NCBI RefSeq assembly: GCF_964213995.1
Contig: NW_027590224.1
Coordinates: 496,001-560,000, forward strand
DNA length: 64,000 bases
DNA from: Mustelus asterias
Lineage: Eukaryota
Direction of reading: 5' to 3'
Positions 58,315 through 64,000 of this stretch are shown here, in pieces. The translations under genes and the position numbers were made by a program. Under the pieces are notes generated by a model, which was not told the origin of the DNA, ran no database searches, and saw nothing but the letters and a program-made list of their open reading frames with translations. The stretch's first letter is position 1. Each line of letters begins with the position of its first letter.

Positions 58315-60115
58315 AACAGCTTCTCTTCCCCACGCGTGTCTCCCCACTGCAGCTTCCTCTCCCCCCACGTGTCTCTCCCCACTGCAGCTTCCTCTTCCCC
58401 CACGTGTGTCTCCCCACTGCAGCTTCCTCTTCCCCACGTGTGTCCCCCCTGCAGCTTCCTCTCCCCCCACGTGTGTCTCCCCACTGCAGCTTCCTCTCCC
58501 CCACGTGTCTCTCCCCACTGCAGCTTCCTCTCCCCCACGTGTGTCTCCCCACTGCAGCTTCCTCTCCCCACGCGTCTCTCCCCACTGCAGTTTCCTCTCC
58601 CCCACGTGTCTCTCCCCACTGCAGCTTCCTCTCCCCACGTGAGTCTCCCCACTGCAGTATCCTCTCCCCCACGTGTCCCCCCCCACTGCAGCTTCCTCTT
58701 CCCCACATGTCTTCCCCCCCCCCCACTGCAGCTTCCTCTCCCCCACGTGTGTCTCCCCACTGCAGCTTCCTCTCCCCACGTGTGTCTCCCCCACTGCAGT
58801 ATCCTCTCCCCCACGTGTGTCTCCCCACTGCAGTATCCTCTCCCCCACGTGTGTCTCCCCACTGCAGTATCCTCTCCCCCACATGTGTCTCCCCACTGCA
58901 GCTTCCTCTTCCCCACGTGTGTCTCCCCACTGCAGCTTCCTCTCCCCCACGTGTGTCTCCCCACTGCAGCTTCCTCTCCCCACGTGTGTCTCCCCACTGC
59001 AGCTTCCTCTCCCCCACGTGTGTCTCCCCACTGCAGCTTCCTCTCCCCCACGTGTGTCTCCCCACTGCAGCTTCCTCTCCCCCACGTGCCCCCCCCCATT
59101 GCAGCTTCCTCTCCCCCACGTGTCCCCCCCCACTGCAGCTTCCTCTCCCCCACGTGTGTCTCCCCACTGCAGCTTCCTCTCCCCCACGTGTGTCTCCCCA
59201 CTGCAGCTTCCTCTTCCCCACGCGTGTCTCCCCACTGCAGCTTCCTCTCCCCCACGTGTGTCTCCCCACTGCAGCTTCCTCTTCCCCACGTGTGTCTCCC
59301 CACTGCAGCTTCCTCTCCCCCACGTGTCCCCCCCCACTGCAGCTTCCTCTCCCCACGTGTGTCTCCCCCACTGCAGCTTCCTCTCCCCACGTGTGTCTCC
59401 CCCACTGCAGCTTCCTCTTCCCCACGTGTCTCCCCACTGCAGCTTCCTCTTCCCCAAGTGTGTCTCCCCACTGCAGCTTCCTCTCCCCCACGTGTGTCTC
59501 CCCACTGCAGCTTCCTCTCGCCACGTGTCCCCCCCCACTGCAGCTTCCTCTTCCCCACGCGTGTCTCCCCACTGCAGCTTCCTCTCCCCCACGTGTGTCT
59601 CCCCACTGCAGCTTCCTCTTCCCCACGTGTGTCTCCCCACTGCAGCTTCCTCTCCCCCACGTGTCCCCCCCCACTGCAGCTTCCTCTCCCCACGTGTGTC
59701 TCCCCCACTGCAGCTTCCTCTCCCCACGTGTGTCTCCCCCACTGCAGCTTCCTCTTCCCCACGTGTCTCCCCACTGCAGCTTCCTCTTCCCCAAGTGTGT
59801 CTCCCCACTGCAGCTTCCTCTTCCCCACGTGTGTCTCCCCACTGCAGCTTCCTCTCCCCCACGTGTGTCTCCCCACTGCAGCTTCCTCTCCCCCACGTGT
59901 GTCTCCCCCACTGCAGCTTCCTCTTCCCCACGTGTGTCTCCCCACTGCAGCTTCCTCTCCCCCACTGCAGCTTCCTCTCCCCCACGTGTGTCTCCCCACT
60001 GCAGCTTCCTCTCCCCCACGTGTGTCTCCCCACTGCAGCTTCCTCTCCCCCACGTGTGTCTCCCCACTGCAGCTTCCTCTCCCCCACGTGTGTCTCCCCA
60101 CTGCAGCTTCCTCTG
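58315..60115. repeat. ~34-bp minisatellite (ccccactgcagcttcctctcccccacgtgtgtct), ~53 units
   Basis: Directly visible; stop-free in all frames. Confidence 0.95.
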
Positions 60116-60365
60116 CCTCCCGCCGTTTTTCTTTTTCCCTCCCCCTAAGTAATCTGATTGGATTAAAGTGCAGCTCTCTAGAAAACGGATTGGCTTAGCT
60201 GACATCACTCAAACAGTATCTGTTCACGGTATTGGGCCCAGTAAACAGGATATTGAAACTCACAAGGAAACAAAGAACAATAGTAAATGTCTTTTTCATT
60301 AAATTTACCCATATTTCAAGAAAACACACTTTTCATTTTTCTTTCATTTATCCTTATTTTTTCAG

Positions 60366-60731
60366 ACCCCTACAAATCTTTTCCAGGTGACTCGCCTGTC
60401 CCAGTTTCTGGGTTCCTTGGGGAGCAGGTTGTGCTGTCCTGTACCTACACAGGGAATGTTACCATCTCAGATTTACTGGTAATCTGGGGGACACCCAAAC
60501 GTGAATTTTTACACAAGTTTGTCAATGGGAAAGATGATTTGACAGAACAAAATCCACGGTTCAGAAACAGAACAAAGCTGTTCAGAGATCAACTGGAACA
60601 AGGAAACTGGTCAGTTCTGCTCTCGGACCTCAGGGAGTCAGACCAGAACCAGTATCAGTGTCAGATTTACAAGAGGATGAGTGCAGGATTTTATTGGGTG
60701 CAAACTGATCGCGTCCTTCTCTCTGTAACAG
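60366..60731 (+). CDS. IgV-set domain exon, B7/butyrophilin family (CD276/ICOSL/HHLA2-like)
   Basis: Long polypyrimidine acceptor, G|GTGAG donor, phase 1-1; GEQVVLSC, VIW, EQNPRFRNRTKLF, GNWSVLL, DQNQYQC. Confidence 0.9.
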
Positions 60732-60843
60732 GTGAGAGGTTTCTGTTTCAGGAATTCTGTATTTAATCCCTGATTTTATGGGTTCAGTCATGCAGTGGTT
60801 ATGTTATGAAACAAATAATCCCGAGAATGTGGGAGAATCCCGA

Positions 60844-61187
60844 GGGCGGCACGGTAGCACAGTGGTTAGCACTGCTGCTTCACAGCTCCAGGGTCCTGGG
60901 TTCGATTCCCGGCTCGGGTCACTGTCTGTGTGGAGTTTGCACATTCTCCTCGTGTCTGCGTGGGTTTCCTCCGGGTGCTCCGGTTTCCTCCCACAGTCCA
61001 AAGATGTGCGGGTTAGGTTGATTGGCTGTGCTAAAATTGCCCCTTAGTGTCCTGAGATGCATAGGTTAGAGGGATTAGTGAGTACAATATATGGGGGTAG
61101 GGCCTGGGTGGGATTGTGGTCGGTGCAGACTCGATGGGCCGAATGGCCTCTTTCTGTACTGTAGGGTTTCTATTCTATTCTATTCTA
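60844..61187 (+). mobile_element. HE1-type V-SINE, full length, nested in an older tRNA-derived SINE (60785-60832, 61188-61352, 62108-62175)
   Basis: Complete head, V-domain and (ttcta)n tail. Confidence 0.85.
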
Positions 61188-61352
61188 ATGTGAGTTCAAA
61201 TCCCACCATGGCACTTTCAGAATTTAAATTCAGTTTATGAAATAAAAATCTGGAAATATAAAGTTGGTCCTAATAAAAGTGACCAGGAAACTGTTGGATT
61301 ATAAAACCCCGACTGGTTCACTAATGTCCCTTTAGGGAAGGAAACCTGCCAT

Positions 61353-62095
61353 CGTGCAGAGGGATCTGGGTGTTCTAGTGCTTGAATCACAAAAGGCTGA
61401 TATACAGGTACAACAAGTAATTAGCAATACTAATGGACCGTTATTGTTTGCTGTGAGGGGACTTGGATAAAGTAATGAGGTTATGTTTCAATTGTACGGG
61501 GCATTGGTGAGACCACATCGAGAGTATTGTGTACAGTATTGGTCTCCTTATTTAAGGAAATATGTAACAGTGTTTGAAGCGGTTCAGAGAAGGTTTACCA
61601 GACTAATCCCAGGAAGGGGCTGGGTGTCTTATGAGGAAAGTTTGGAGAGGTTAGGTCTGTATCCACCAGAGTTCAGAAGAGTAAGAGGCGACTTGATGGA
61701 AACCTTTAAGATCCTGAGGGGTATCGACAGGGTGGATGTGGAGAGGATGTTCCCTCTTGTAGGAGAATCTAGAACCAGGGATCACTGATTAAAAATTAGG
61801 GCTCTCACTTAACATGGAGGTGAGGATAATTTCTTCTCTCTTGGTAGGTTGTGAGTTTCTGGAACTCTCTGCCTCAAATGGCAGTGGATACAGTGTCTTT
61901 GAATATATTTAAGGCAGAGTGAGATAGATTCTTGATTAACGAGGGTGAAAGGTTAATAAGGGGATGGGGGGGTGAAAGGTTATCAGGGGTCGGCGGGAAT
62001 GTGTGGTTGAAGTTAGTCAGGTGAGCCATGATCTTATTGAATGGTGGAGCAGGCTCGAGTGGCCGCCTCCTGCTCCCAATTCATATGTTTGTATC
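61353..62095 (+). mobile_element. Degraded CR1 3' fragment
   Basis: LVRPHREYCVQYWSP, VQRRFTRLIP. Confidence 0.8.
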
Positions 62096-62629
62096 GATGT
62101 ACGTGTGTACCCAGTCTGGTCTATATGTGACTCCAGTCCCACATTAACCTGGGTGACTTTTAACTGCCCTCTGACTTGCTCAAACACTTCAATCAGTTTG
62201 TATCAAACCACTGGACAGAGAAACCAGAATAAAACTGAAGGGATCACTGGCTGTGACCCAGGTATTGAGTCAGAATGTTGGGGTGCAGGAGGTGGGGTCT
62301 GTAACACCTCTCAGGCAGCCTTGACAAGACCCAGTGCACTTACCTTGTTCCCAGTAGGCCCAGGATCCTGTGGGGATTCTCTCCACGGGGATGTAGGCTG
62401 CTGGGAATGATCCTGCTCAGGGGAACTCTGGAAAACTTCCATTCTACCCATCACAGTTAATGCAATCCTGTTGGACTTTTCACTCTGCCGACCCTGTTCC
62501 TGATCCTTCCTGATCAGTTTGAGTCGAGTCTCGTTGCTCCCTGGATGTTTTTCCCTAAAGCCCGATAGTCTTTGACCATTTCTGTAGTTTGTGTCACACA
62601 CAATACTAAACACATGATGTTTTCTTTAG

Positions 62630-62668
62630 AGCGACTTCCTACACCTGGACCGAACACACCTGTACCAG
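62630..62668 (+). CDS. 39-bp Pro/Thr stalk exon (ERLPTPGPNTPVP) of the B7-like gene
   Basis: tgttttctttag acceptor, CAG|GTAAAT donor, phase 1-1, in unique sequence. Confidence 0.65.
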
Positions 62669-62751
62669 GTAAATCTGTTTCTAAACTACTGCATGTGTTT
62701 TCAGCGTGTTGCATCATTCTGGATAGACAGCGAGTAACACTGGAAGGTTTG

Positions 62752-63058
62752 AAAGTAAAGTTTATTCGTTTATTTATTAAAAGTTATTTATTAGTCACAG
62801 GTAAGGCTTACATTAACACTGCAATGAAGTTACTGAGAAATTCCCCAAGTCGCCACACTCCAGTGCAAGTTCGGGTCAATGCACCCTAACCAGCACGTCT
62901 TCCAGACTGTGGGAGGAAACCGGAGCACCCGGAGGAAACCCACACAGACACAGGGAGAACTTGCAAACTCCACACAGACAGTGACCCAAGCCAGGGATCG
63001 AACCTGGGACCCAGGCGCTGTGAGGCAGCAGAGCTAATCACTGTGCTACTATGCCACC
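62752..63058 (-). mobile_element. V-SINE with a non-CR1 tail
   Basis: Same head and V-domain; 3' end ...ctgtgactaataaata...aaacttt. Confidence 0.75.
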
Positions 63059-63170
63059 CAAGAATGATTGTGAGAGAGTGAGTGATGTGAGTCACTGTTA
63101 CCTGTAACTGGTCCTGCAACCACTGGGATTTGTTATTTCTGTTTCTGAGTCTCACCTTCCTGTCCCTCAG

Positions 63171-63184
63171 ATACAGAACTGTGA
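63171..63184 (+). CDS. Candidate terminal coding exon (DTEL-stop)
   Basis: Strong acceptor ctcaccttcctgtccctcag; phase-1 reading (G)AT ACA GAA CTG TGA. No polyA signal is visible inside the window. Confidence 0.5.
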
Positions 63185-64000
63185 GGATTCCTGCTTCCCA
63201 CGAGCATTCGTGTTTCTGGAATTCTGTGTGGAAAGTCTCGGTACAATTTTACCCAAACCCACCTGTTGGGAAACTGATGGGATTGGATGTAACACTGGGT
63301 GAAGTCAGTGGAGAGAAATATTTACCCGGGTGTAATCCGGCATTCCACACAATCCCGTGGCCTTTTCCGATTGGTAAATTATTTTAAAATCTCCTGTTAG
63401 TTCAGCGTGCTGTTGGGTTGAATTGAAGGGAGGCTGCTGCTGCTCAGTGTCCAGTTATCTCTATTGGAAAGCATGTATCGATCACATTGTGGGGCAGTGT
63501 GTGTGTGCAAGGAGCTGTGGGGTGACCTGGTGTGTGTGTGATTATCGGTGTCTAACCTCCCACATCCCTCCAGGACTAGAATTAACCAGGGATCTGTCTA
63601 TACTGGGGATGGTTCTGAAACACTCGGTGCTGAAGGTCTCTGCTGTTAGTTTGTGAGTGTGTCCCAGTCTGTTAATGGCTTCATTCTGTCTCTAGGACCT
63701 GGACTCCCGGATAGAGCAAGAGTTGGATTGGGAATCGGAATTCTTGTTGCTGTTGTTTTTGTTGTTGCTGGAATTGGGATTTACATATTCCGAAAGCGAC
63801 AAAGACGGTGAGTTCCAGAATGTTCCACTGTTTCCATTGGGATCCTGTTTTTGGTTTATAATGTTTGTTCAATGTTGCTGAACTCCAGAACTGTCCATTT
63901 ACTGAGCTGTGAGGATGCTTCAATCCACCCTATCATTGAGCAGCGTTAACCAGTCACTTCCAGCTTGTCATCCTCTTGCTGCTGAACAGTCCCCGTGGAT

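Noticed and set aside
58260-60208. 490-640 aa ORFs in all six frames
   Set aside because: Stop-free 34-bp minisatellite with frame-shifting unit lengths.
60287-60365. Hydrophobic N-terminus of the 159-aa ORF as a single-exon signal peptide
   Set aside because: It is the translated polypyrimidine tract; a phase-compatible signal exon exists at 54075-54132.
60844-60920. tRNA gene-like A/B boxes (also 10404, 17400, 39100, 50560, 63000)
   Set aside because: These are SINE heads followed by a V-domain and LINE tail, with no full cloverleaf.

Overview
Eukaryotic, repeat-dense genomic DNA. The repeat repertoire (HE1-type V-SINEs sharing a tail with CR1/HER1-type LINEs, Penelope elements, Rex1, Tx1) indicates a cartilaginous fish (shark). 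Most long six-frame ORFs are artefacts of minisatellites. Real content: (i) An 18.45-kb head-to-tail array of three copies of a young, non-autonomous ERV-like element (19736-38187). It has 640-bp LTRs about 99% identical, one 4-bp TSD for the whole array, a tRNA-Ser PBS, a gag with PTAP/LPxY/MHR motifs (full-length only in unit 1), and pol and env reduced to relics. It sits inside old Gypsy elements and is itself hit by a CR1 LINE with an intact ORF2 and by a 98-bp Penelope piece that starts at the predicted hammerhead cleavage site. (ii) Several Penelope elements with minimal hammerhead ribozymes. (iii) A + strand B7/butyrophilin-family gene assembled from phase-compatible exons (52552-52572, 54075-54132, 60366-60731, 62630-62668, 63171-63184). 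It encodes signal peptide + one IgV + Pro/Thr stalk, with no transmembrane segment, and ends in a KDEL-like DTEL-stop. Its promoter/first-exon module occurs four times in the window and its ATG+donor segment is amplified into a 51-bp tandem array. (iv) A second ERV remnant (gamma-type env plus an LTR with 41-bp terminal inverted repeats), and many LINE/SINE fragments and minisatellites. All calls are by eye, without database searches.
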